Assembly (NCBI GenBank): GCA_016292155.1
Contig: JAEFBC010000070.1
Coordinates: 1 to 53,926, forward strand
Length of the DNA stretch: 53,926 nt
Direction of reading: 5' to 3'
Origin: Saccharofermentans sp.
GTDB taxonomy: Bacteria; Bacillota; Clostridia; Saccharofermentanales; Saccharofermentanaceae
Numbering within the stretch: position 1 is the first letter of the stretch; each line of letters begins with the position of its first letter. Made by a program: the position numbers and the translations under genes. Positions 46,354 to 53,926 of this stretch are shown piece by piece. Below the pieces are notes generated by a model that saw only the letters and a program-made list of their open reading frames with translations, did not search any database and was not told where the DNA came from.

Positions 46354-47367
46354 TTACCTTGGTGAGTGTTGCTTTAAGATTTCAATTGTATTTTTATCCC
46401 CTATCTCTTCTGCCACATCAACAGCCGACCAACCATTCCTGCAAGGAAGTGTTTTGTCGCCTCCATAGTCTAAGAGAAGTCTCATGGCCTGATACTTTAC
46501 TTCTTTCAGATCGTTGCGTTGCATTGCCGTCAACTCATAAAGAGGAGAGCGGTTTTCTTTGTCTCGGATATTCGGATCTCCGCCCGCTTTTAATATCTCT
46601 TCGACCAATTCCACATCGTTCGGACGTGCGCACATATAGTGCAACGCTGTTCGTCCCTTATCATCCTGGTTGTTTACATCGATTCCCCGCCTGATCAGAT
46701 CTCTGGCGACATCCCATTTTTTGTTCTGGATAGCAACCTGCAAAAGATTCTGATTATACTTGTCCAATGCATTGATATCGAAATCAGAAACCTCGTCTAC
46801 AGCTTTCAGATATTCATCCAAACCGTATTTCCCGATTCCGATCGCTTTTCGAATATCATCAACTGTCTTACGCGTCTGTCTTTCTCCATAGATGCCTTGC
46901 AGGAGTTCCTTAACTGTATAATCCGTTATCGGTATATGAGGAAGGCATTTATCGTATTCCTCTTTCGATGCCTTTGTCATGTTCCCGCGCATGTCTTCTT
47001 TTTTCCAGTCACCTTCTAAACCCCAACCTATAAAGAGTTCATCATAGTCGGGTGCGGAATAATCCTCCTGATGTCCGATAATGCGCCAGTCACCGCCCAT
47101 TGTTTTACAATCAAACAGAATGTACACATTGATATTAACAGGCGGAATAACCCTTGTGGCTTTCTCAATGGTTTGCTCATCAATAACCGGATTTTCCGAA
47201 ATGTAATCAAATATCTCCGCTACGCAAAACCTCTTGGGTCTGATCTCAATGATACGTCCAAAACAAAATCTGGTATCGTCATAGACAAAGCAGAAAATGT
47301 CTCCTCTTTTAAGATATCTCTGCATTGTCCTTGGCTTCTTATCCCAATTCCATAATTCAATACTCAT
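46354..47367 (-). CDS. Imm26-like immunity domain fused to ankyrin repeats
   Basis: WDKKPRTMQRYLKRGDIFCF...FGRII...WRIIG N-domain; ankyrin repeats DVNNQDDKGRTALHY, DPNIRDKENRSPLY, GWSAVDVA. Confidence 0.78.
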   Translation of the reverse strand: MSIELWNWDKKPRTMQRYLKRGDIFCFVYDDTRFCFGRIIEIRPKRFCVAEIFDYISENPVIDEQTIEKATRVIPPVNINVYILFDCKTMGGDWRIIGHQEDYSAPDYDELFIGWGLEGDWKKEDMRGNMTKASKEEYDKCLPHIPITDYTVKELLQGIYGERQTRKTVDDIRKAIGIGKYGLDEYLKAVDEVSDFDINALDKYNQNLLQVAIQNKKWDVARDLIRRGIDVNNQDDKGRTALHYMCARPNDVELVEEILKAGGDPNIRDKENRSPLYELTAMQRNDLKEVKYQAMRLLLDYGGDKTLPCRNGWSAVDVAEEIGDKNTIEILKQHSPR

Positions 47368-47409
47368 AATTTACTCCGTATGTCCCTCTCCTTTTATAAT
47401 TCTCTATTA

Positions 47410-48033
47410 TCAAGTCCCAATATATTCAAGTATCCTATTCCTCTGCTCATCAGTCACTAGGGTTTCTTCTAGAAACTGCCTGCATTTCTTCAATTTTCCG
47501 TTTGCACATAAGACAGCGGCAATGCAGCATCCGTAGGCATTGTACCTGACAACATCGAAACCATCACGGTTGTGACTTCTGTTCTGATCGAAGTATGCTT
47601 CCAGTTTATCCAGGGAATCGTATTTATCATAGAACGGAAGAGCATATTCAGAGAAATCTTTGAAAATGAGTTCAGCATGACCACTCATGGGATTTTCCGA
47701 ACAATAACTGTATCTTCCTCCGTCGCGCCCCGGAACGAGCGTATACAGGCCTTTAGCACCTGTGCCGAAGTCCTTTTCGCGCTTATCGTATTCTTTCCCC
47801 ATAAACAGGCAATGCAGTTCATCCACCTTCGGATACCTGAACGAAAGCGTCGGAAACATAGAATAATTCGTGCCGGGCAATCCACGGTCTCTCGTAAAAC
47901 AAAAAGCAAAAGACTGCTCGCAATCATTTACCTTGCGGCTGAATACGCCTGTTTGCTTCTTCTTGAAGCCTAACGAATTCATATTATCCGCCAAAAGAAG
48001 CGTCAGCTCCTTGTCCATCTCTTTAGGTGTCAT
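47410..48033 (-). CDS. hypothetical protein (DUF4304-like)
   Basis: MNSLGFKKKQTGVFSR N-terminus and YALPFYDKYDSLDKL; family from recollection. Confidence 0.65.
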   Translation of the reverse strand: MTPKEMDKELTLLLADNMNSLGFKKKQTGVFSRKVNDCEQSFAFCFTRDRGLPGTNYSMFPTLSFRYPKVDELHCLFMGKEYDKREKDFGTGAKGLYTLVPGRDGGRYSYCSENPMSGHAELIFKDFSEYALPFYDKYDSLDKLEAYFDQNRSHNRDGFDVVRYNAYGCCIAAVLCANGKLKKCRQFLEETLVTDEQRNRILEYIGT

Positions 48034-48106
48034 TTATTGTTACCTACTACTCCAATCATCTTTTTCTCCTTGTAAATGTGTATCCAGCTGGTTAACATCT
48101 AATTAT

Positions 48107-48775
48107 CTATTTATCTGCAAACAAACTCTCAAATATCTCAAGCGTCTCCGGGCTCATCTTCCTCACAAATCCCGAAAGAGATACTGATGTTATCTTGCCA
48201 CTCTTACCGTTACCCAGCCCCTTTATTGAAGATGGGGTATTGCCAAACATGAGCAAAGGGATCTTATCTTCAGGAATCAGTCTGGGCTTTATCGATGAGC
48301 CTTTTCCGACTGCGGCGATCTCCGAGCAGCATGTGAGCGGCAGCTGGTGATACGCACATTCCTTGCGGGTTAAAGTATCAAGGTCGATCGTACGGGTGAT
48401 GTTGTCAGGAACAGCTGTTTTCGACAGATATCCGCTGCCGTCGCTGAACGCAATGAATCTTCCGTCTGTTTCCGTAAACGGCCCGTCTGAGATCAGCATT
48501 GTGCCTTCAGGAATAATGGCCTGGCACGGCATTCCTACTTCTCTTAACTGATACTCAAAGGCATTCTCAAGCTTCTCGACCTGAAGTCTGGCCATTACTA
48601 CAAGCTGGTCTTTTTCGAGAGCTACAGGGAAAATAACATCGCCGACTTTGATCTTCTTCAAAGAAGGCTCTTTAGAATGTCTTCCTCCATAGACCACCTG
48701 AATAGGACCGTTATCACCGGCTTTCTTCAACTTCTTCACATGGTCCTGTGACCAGAAAATCATGTAACCGCTCAT
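48107..48775 (-). CDS. hypothetical protein, possible PUA/EVE-like fold
   Basis: 222 aa; KIKVGDVIFPV motif; fold is a guess. Confidence 0.65.
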   Translation of the reverse strand: MSGYMIFWSQDHVKKLKKAGDNGPIQVVYGGRHSKEPSLKKIKVGDVIFPVALEKDQLVVMARLQVEKLENAFEYQLREVGMPCQAIIPEGTMLISDGPFTETDGRFIAFSDGSGYLSKTAVPDNITRTIDLDTLTRKECAYHQLPLTCCSEIAAVGKGSSIKPRLIPEDKIPLLMFGNTPSSIKGLGNGKSGKITSVSLSGFVRKMSPETLEIFESLFADK

Positions 48776-48779
48776 GTGC

Positions 48780-49493
48780 TTACATCCTGCCCGTATCCTT
48801 CAGATACCTTACAACCGCGTCTTCGATGTCGGGATAAACCGGTTCCAGGCTCTCAGGGATCAGGATGTCCTGATGGACGATGTCATATGTGAAGACGACC
48901 GGCTTGCCGTCTAATTCACCGCAAATGCCGGTAAGCATATCACCCTGCTCATTGAGCTTGACCGTTTCGGGTATTACCTCAAAGTAATGTCCTTCCATCT
49001 CGCCCAGATACGGAACGCCGTCCCACATGAGCTGCGGCATCGCATCTAACTTGTTCATGTAAACATAGATCGTCTGATAGTCGCCCCAAATGCCGGAATC
49101 AGGTTTCCTGGTGCAGAGCGTGAGGTGATAAATGCCCGGCTCCACAGTGATTGTCTGGTTCTCAGGGCACTTGGAAGACCAGTTCATAAGGCTGAAGAGA
49201 TCTACGGCGCACATCTTTCCGTCCTGAAGATCGATGCCCAGCCTGATCGCGATCGGATATTCCGAAAGGAGCACTTCCGACGGATAACCGTCTCTGAACT
49301 TCAAAGTGAAATCGCCGCCGGTGCCTGTGCAGAAACCGACCACATCGCCTTTTCGAATGTGTGCGGCAACATCTTCCGGTCTCTGATACTCAGCCGAGAA
49401 GAAGTCCATGCCTTCAGGAATTGCTTTGTTGGTCTCAGGTGAGAAGAAGACTATCCCCATTCCGTCGATCATCAGATCCATGTCTTTTTCCAT
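48780..49493 (-). CDS. hypothetical two-domain protein
   Basis: 237 aa; SD AAGGGGG; acidic ~70-aa C-terminal appendage. Confidence 0.75.
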   Translation of the reverse strand: MEKDMDLMIDGMGIVFFSPETNKAIPEGMDFFSAEYQRPEDVAAHIRKGDVVGFCTGTGGDFTLKFRDGYPSEVLLSEYPIAIRLGIDLQDGKMCAVDLFSLMNWSSKCPENQTITVEPGIYHLTLCTRKPDSGIWGDYQTIYVYMNKLDAMPQLMWDGVPYLGEMEGHYFEVIPETVKLNEQGDMLTGICGELDGKPVVFTYDIVHQDILIPESLEPVYPDIEDAVVRYLKDTGRM

Positions 49494-49612
49494 GCTATTA
49501 ATCCCCCTTATATCTCATACATCTACTTATAACATACCTAAATAATAGAAATAAAGATATCTTGAGGATTGTTTACAAAAGAACTTTGGGATTCAGGTTC
49601 GCGGGCGTTTTT

Positions 49613-50422
49613 TTACTGCCCCTTGATCTTGTATTCGACCTTGCCGCAGCGCTCATCAAGGATGGGCTTCAGCGATTCATAACTGTCTTTATAAGCCGTC
49701 TCGGTCAGGACAAACCGTCTGTGATTTCTGGTCCTGATGATGATGTAATACGTGTCCCACTCTCTATAGTGGTCGGTAAAGGCGTAGAAAAAAGCCCTTG
49801 CAAGCCCCACCCTGCCGCGGCTGGCGGTGTGGCTCGTGTTTTTGCTGTGGTGCTTACCCTTTATGCTGATACCGGCGATATCTTTATACTCTGCGACCGC
49901 AAGTCCTTTGTTAAAGCCGATCAGGGCCTTGGGCGTCGCATAAACGCCCGCTTCATTTAGCCATCTTGTCTCAGGATCGTTGGCCAGCTCATTGATTTCC
50001 TTTGCCCTGTAAAACCTTCCGCTGCATGCCGGAAAGATGTGCTTTAACATGTTCAGCGTGCCCAACTCGCCGATTCCCACACACGCGACAATAATGATGG
50101 TAATGCCAAACACGAATCCCAGCGGGTGATCTGTGCGCACCGAGTTCAGCCAGTTGCCGAAAGACGCCTCCGCGCGCACATCCATATATGCATTTACAGA
50201 GCTTGCGGCCATGATGGCAGCGGCAAAAATCAGCATGCCCAGGATCGTAAAGAAAAGACAGCTGTCGTTGTCTATCTGCTTATAGATGCGCTCGTTCGTG
50301 TACTTTTTCGCGAACAGCTCCGATTCAATCTTAAAAATATTCCTGCGTGTATTCTGTTCCTGCGGGGGAGTGTTGTTATTGCTTACTGTTTTCTGATTGC
50401 TGTTGTTCTTCTTGCGGGTCAT
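49613..50422 (-). CDS. hypothetical membrane protein (2 TM + soluble C-domain)
   Basis: Starts 1 nt after the stop of 50424; Asn-rich N-tail. Confidence 0.78.
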   Translation of the reverse strand: MTRKKNNSNQKTVSNNNTPPQEQNTRRNIFKIESELFAKKYTNERIYKQIDNDSCLFFTILGMLIFAAAIMAASSVNAYMDVRAEASFGNWLNSVRTDHPLGFVFGITIIIVACVGIGELGTLNMLKHIFPACSGRFYRAKEINELANDPETRWLNEAGVYATPKALIGFNKGLAVAEYKDIAGISIKGKHHSKNTSHTASRGRVGLARAFFYAFTDHYREWDTYYIIIRTRNHRRFVLTETAYKDSYESLKPILDERCGKVEYKIKGQ

Positions 50423-50423
50423 A

Positions 50424-51590
50424 TCAATTTCTCGGCTGGCCGCAGTTATAACAGAACTTTCCGGTATTCACCGTGCCACAAGAGCAGACCCAGCCTGCAG
50501 GCTTGGGCTCGCCGCAGTTGGCGCAGAACTTGCCGGCGTTCTCCATGCCGCATTTGCAGGTCCACTTCCCGTTTGTGGACGCAGATGGCGTTGAAGCACT
50601 GGACTTGGTCGATTCAACCGCCGCATTGAACGCCTCTTCCTGCGCCTTTTTCATGCCGTCTAAAGGATCAGGAACCGTGACTCCCATCATGTTCATTTGG
50701 ATCATTCTATTGAAGTTAGCAAAGGGTCCGTCGTCCATCTGCGTCGTCTCATTTTTAATGCATTCGCCGGTCTTCGAGCACTCTTCGAAGAGCTCGTACA
50801 AGCCGTCCTCGATCGTCTTGAACGTAAGTCCTGCAGGGCCGCAGTTAAGGCACACGCTGTTATACTTGTCGCCGCCGATGCTGCTGTCGTCAAAGGTCAT
50901 GTTGATACAGGAGCTGGTGAAATTATCGAACATGACCGCGGTGGGAATATCCATCTTAGCCAGCGCGGCAAGGCGCTTGTCAGCAACATAATCGTTGACT
51001 TTTTTCGCCATCTCGGGCGTGATCTTATACTCGAACTCCGTACTGCTTCCGCCGCCGGATGAATGGGTGCTGTAAATGACCGTTCCATCACTGTTCCACT
51101 TTACCTTCTGGCTGCTGCTGGAACTTGAACCGGCCATCATGCCATGGGACGAGAGAATGTAACTGACTTCCGTTAATGGGCCATGCGGCTCGACTGCCGC
51201 TTCGATCGCTTTCTCGCGCGCCTCCTGCTTCGCCTCACGGTAAGGCTTCATGATCTGCTCCTGATAGAGCTCATTCGTCTCCTCGGTGATAGTGATATCG
51301 TCAATGCGCGAAGAGCCCGAGACGCCTGCTTCCATAAGGTCATAGTTAAGCATCAGTTCCAGCGTTTCCTTGCCGTCAACGCCTAACAACTTGTCATCTT
51401 TATTCCACTTCGCAAGGTGCTCTTCAATCTTCTCCGCCGCGAAAGCCGGGAGATTTCCGCCACATGCCGTACCATCGTATTCATTGATATAAAGCGCGCC
51501 GCTGATCCTCGCCGCAAACTCCGTATCACATCCCTTTTCCTTAAACGCAACCGGCTCCGGCGTTCCAAACTTCGTAATAATTCCAGACAT
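50424..51590 (-). CDS. hypothetical protein with C-terminal double zinc ribbon
   Basis: WTCKCGMENAGKFCANCG...WVCSCGTVNTGKFCYNCG; start ATG 51590 after GAGGA. Confidence 0.82.
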   Translation of the reverse strand: MSGIITKFGTPEPVAFKEKGCDTEFAARISGALYINEYDGTACGGNLPAFAAEKIEEHLAKWNKDDKLLGVDGKETLELMLNYDLMEAGVSGSSRIDDITITEETNELYQEQIMKPYREAKQEAREKAIEAAVEPHGPLTEVSYILSSHGMMAGSSSSSSQKVKWNSDGTVIYSTHSSGGGSSTEFEYKITPEMAKKVNDYVADKRLAALAKMDIPTAVMFDNFTSSCINMTFDDSSIGGDKYNSVCLNCGPAGLTFKTIEDGLYELFEECSKTGECIKNETTQMDDGPFANFNRMIQMNMMGVTVPDPLDGMKKAQEEAFNAAVESTKSSASTPSASTNGKWTCKCGMENAGKFCANCGEPKPAGWVCSCGTVNTGKFCYNCGQPRN

Positions 51591-51674
51591 CTTCCTGTCC
51601 TCTTTTCGAAATGAGATAAGTTCATTATATATCAAGGGTGGTTTTGCAGTTGCTATTTTTGGACGGCCCGCGTC

Positions 51675-51766
51675 ACGTGTAATTTTTGGCTCAAAAATCT
51701 CGAAAAATTACACAAAATCGGCTTTTTGTGTAATTTTCGACGATTTTTTAAAGGAAAATTACACGT
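51675..51766. repeat. nested palindromic element, copy C
   Basis: Outer acgtgtaatttt/aaaattacacgt; inner aaaattacacaaaa-tcggct-ttttgtgtaatttt. Confidence 0.9.
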
Positions 51767-51892
51767 TGGCTTCCAGGCCTCAAAACAGTTGTGCAATTGT
51801 TGACTAAAAAAGAAAAGCAGCACCCAATAAGGCGCCGCCCTTCTGACTTCTATTTGACCAGCTTCCATGCATGCGCTAGAAGCGTCTTCATA

Positions 51893-52630
51893 TTAATTCC
51901 CGGTTTTATTTCTGTTTACGTTGTACTGGCCTTCAGAAACAGTTATTCTCGATCCTGTCCTCATGTGTTCGATGCGGATGCCCACATATTCATAGTTTTC
52001 GCACAAAATAGTGAACTCATCGTATTCTTCGGACGAATAATTCTCGATCTTTGCTCCGGGATACATCTCTGTATACTTCGACTTAAGGAATTCATACAAC
52101 GCCTGTCCTCTGTCGCTGTAGAAAAACATTTTAACTGTTCCGCTTCTGACGATGTTATTGTCAGGACCCAAATTCTTAAGTACATCCGCCTCGTCATCAT
52201 ATATAAAAGATAAATCGACTTCATCTAAATGATCATAGTCCTTACCATCTAAAGAAACGCTGTAATCGAACGTAAGACCGACAATCATGTACGACCACTT
52301 ATAGGGCGTTGCGCCGTATCTGGCGCTGGGAAGCCTGTCAATCAGGCTCTGAACTGACTCGCCGTCAACGATCGTGAGCCTTATCGTTTCATGGCACAAG
52401 TCAAATATTTCCTGATCTGAAAACTCATCTAACACTAACAGGTTCGGATTAGAAGATTCAGTCTGCTCACCGCTGCTGTCCTCAGTCTCCGGTTCGACCG
52501 TTTCCTTTGCTGTTTCATTTGTTGTTTCCTTAGCAGTTTCTTTCGTCTCCTTAACGGAACCTTCCTTGCCGCACGCGCAAAGGCCTGCCATCATAACACC
52601 TGCAAGGATTACACTGATAAGCTTTTTCAT
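51893..52630 (-). CDS. lipoprotein of unknown function
   Basis: MKKLIS signal, lipobox LCAC, KET-repeat linker; SD AAGGAGG. Confidence 0.85.
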   Translation of the reverse strand: MKKLISVILAGVMMAGLCACGKEGSVKETKETAKETTNETAKETVEPETEDSSGEQTESSNPNLLVLDEFSDQEIFDLCHETIRLTIVDGESVQSLIDRLPSARYGATPYKWSYMIVGLTFDYSVSLDGKDYDHLDEVDLSFIYDDEADVLKNLGPDNNIVRSGTVKMFFYSDRGQALYEFLKSKYTEMYPGAKIENYSSEEYDEFTILCENYEYVGIRIEHMRTGSRITVSEGQYNVNRNKTGN

Positions 52631-52798
52631 TTTTTATTCCTCCTTAATCTGATCCCTTAAATCAGCCTTTTTATTCATGCGTTTGATCCGCATCTACTCT
52701 ATAGACGAATAACTGATGCGGTTTCTTCGCTGTAATTTTGAAAATTTTTTCGGAGCTCCGCAGCCACTGTATAAATGAGTTCGAAAACCCCGCGGCCG

Positions 52799-52892
52799 CT
52801 GTATAACTATTGACTTAAAAACAGGGCAATAATTATACAAAAAGCCGTTTTTGTATAATTATTGGGCATTTTTTAGACCAACAATTATACAG
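52799..52892. repeat. nested palindromic element, copy D
   Basis: Outer ctgtataactattg/caacaattatacag (12/14); inner perfect 17-bp caataattatacaaaaa-gccg-tttttgtataattattg. Confidence 0.9.
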
Positions 52893-52914
52893 GGCGGTGC
52901 ATCTCAGACTAAAA

Positions 52915-52939
52915 ATCCCCGGACCGATTGCCCGGGGAT
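52915..52939 (-). terminator. rho-independent terminator
   Basis: atccccgg...ccggggat stem followed by a T-run on the minus strand, 30 nt past the 52970 stop. Confidence 0.7.
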
Positions 52940-52969
52940 CAAAAGCTTATCAGTTATTGATGTATTGTC

Positions 52970-53926
52970 TTAATTCGTGTGAACACCGTCCCAATAAGCT
53001 TTCTTCGGCATATTGGTATTTACACCGTTTTCCATGTTCGACGATTCATCTACATACAATTCCTCATAATGAATGTCCATCCAGGAACCCGGGACAACAT
53101 ATACTGTTCTGTCTTTACCTGTAGGCATGGAAGTAAATACGCCAATGTTGGTGTTGAGGTATGTTTCGAGTTCAACTTCTGCGGGGAAATAGATCTCTGT
53201 AACTCCGGAACGAGTAAAATCTTCTCCAGCTTTAAGATACTTCAAGGATTTTGGCATGACAACTTTCTTCAGCTTGGGGCACCTATAGAATGAGTAACCC
53301 TGGAAAGTAGTCATTGTATCAGGGAGGACCACTTCTTCGAGGCTGTCAAAACCAGAAAAACAGTTTCTCGGGAGAACTGTTACGCTCTCAGGAATAACAA
53401 CTTTTGTTACATTCGATAAACTGCCAAGGTCAAAATATGTTACACCGTCAGGGATAATGAACTCACCCCTAATATTTGCATCTATTTCTTCATATGAATA
53501 ATTGGGATCGTATATAAAGTCCGTTTCGTTATCAAAACTCGATTTCCTTAAGATGAAGTATTTATAGTAATCCTCACGTTCACCGCTGCTGTCAGCACTT
53601 GACTCAACTAAGCTATCGGCAGGATTACCTTTTACGTCTTCCTCTGAGCCTCTCTCTTCTGTAATCACAGTCTCTGAAGGCTTCACATCATTCTTCTTGT
53701 TTGCTGCTACGGCAATGATTCCAACTGTTGCGCCTACCACGACTACTGAGGCGACACTGCCTATCAATACTTTTGTTTTCATGATATCTGTCCCTTTCTT
53801 GATTGCCGTTTTGGCAATGTTTGTTCCGGCCTTTGAGGCCTGTGCTGATGCGGACAGATTTGCGAGTGCAGCGGGCAAGGGCTTGAACGCCACCTGCTCA
53901 GCTTCTTTTATAAACAGTTTGCTTAA
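52970..53926 (-). CDS. 3' part of a membrane-anchored BspA/LRR_5-type leucine-rich repeat protein (5' end outside window)
   Basis: Frame open to the window edge (LSKLFIKEAEQV...); TM, then IIPDGVT, VVIPESVT, CFSGFDSLEEVVLPDTMT, FYRCPKLKKVVMPKSL repeats. Confidence 0.82.
   Translation of the reverse strand, partial: LSKLFIKEAEQVAFKPLPAALANLSASAQASKAGTNIAKTAIKKGTDIMKTKVLIGSVASVVVVGATVGIIAVAANKKNDVKPSETVITEERGSEEDVKGNPADSLVESSADSSGEREDYYKYFILRKSSFDNETDFIYDPNYSYEEIDANIRGEFIIPDGVTYFDLGSLSNVTKVVIPESVTVLPRNCFSGFDSLEEVVLPDTMTTFQGYSFYRCPKLKKVVMPKSLKYLKAGEDFTRSGVTEIYFPAEVELETYLNTNIGVFTSMPTGKDRTVYVVPGSWMDIHYEELYVDESSNMENGVNTNMPKKAYWDGVHTN

Noticed and set aside
43798-51590. Integron-like cassette array
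   Set aside because: No repeated attC-like sequence between these genes and no integrase in the window

Overview
Bacterial chromosomal accessory region of roughly mid GC content. The SD sequences, lipoproteins, ECF/anti-sigma pairs and extended -10 promoters suggest an anaerobic Firmicute (Clostridia-like); the taxon is inferred. It holds about 55 mostly short, largely minus-strand genes. I saw no rRNA, tRNA, CRISPR array, integrase, transposase or reverse transcriptase. Recognisable modules: two ECF sigma/anti-sigma pairs; a CPBP-LytTR-DUF3021 operon plus two more CPBP proteases; an esterase/acyltransferase operon; an AT-rich island with a SauUSI-like PLD-helicase-DUF3427 type IV restriction enzyme and a Nudix hydrolase; tcdA; a DEDDh exonuclease; an orphan lantibiotic-immunity locus (RR-HK-lanFEG-lanI-like) with a TCT-N8-TCT box; and a run of immunity-protein-like hypotheticals including an Imm26-ankyrin fusion. 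The most unusual non-coding signal is a family of four ~90-96 bp nested palindromes whose sequences diverge while arm pairing and geometry are kept. There is also a second hairpin family built from 12-nt units, and three tandem duplications at gene stop codons. Family names come from motif recognition only; no database search was run.
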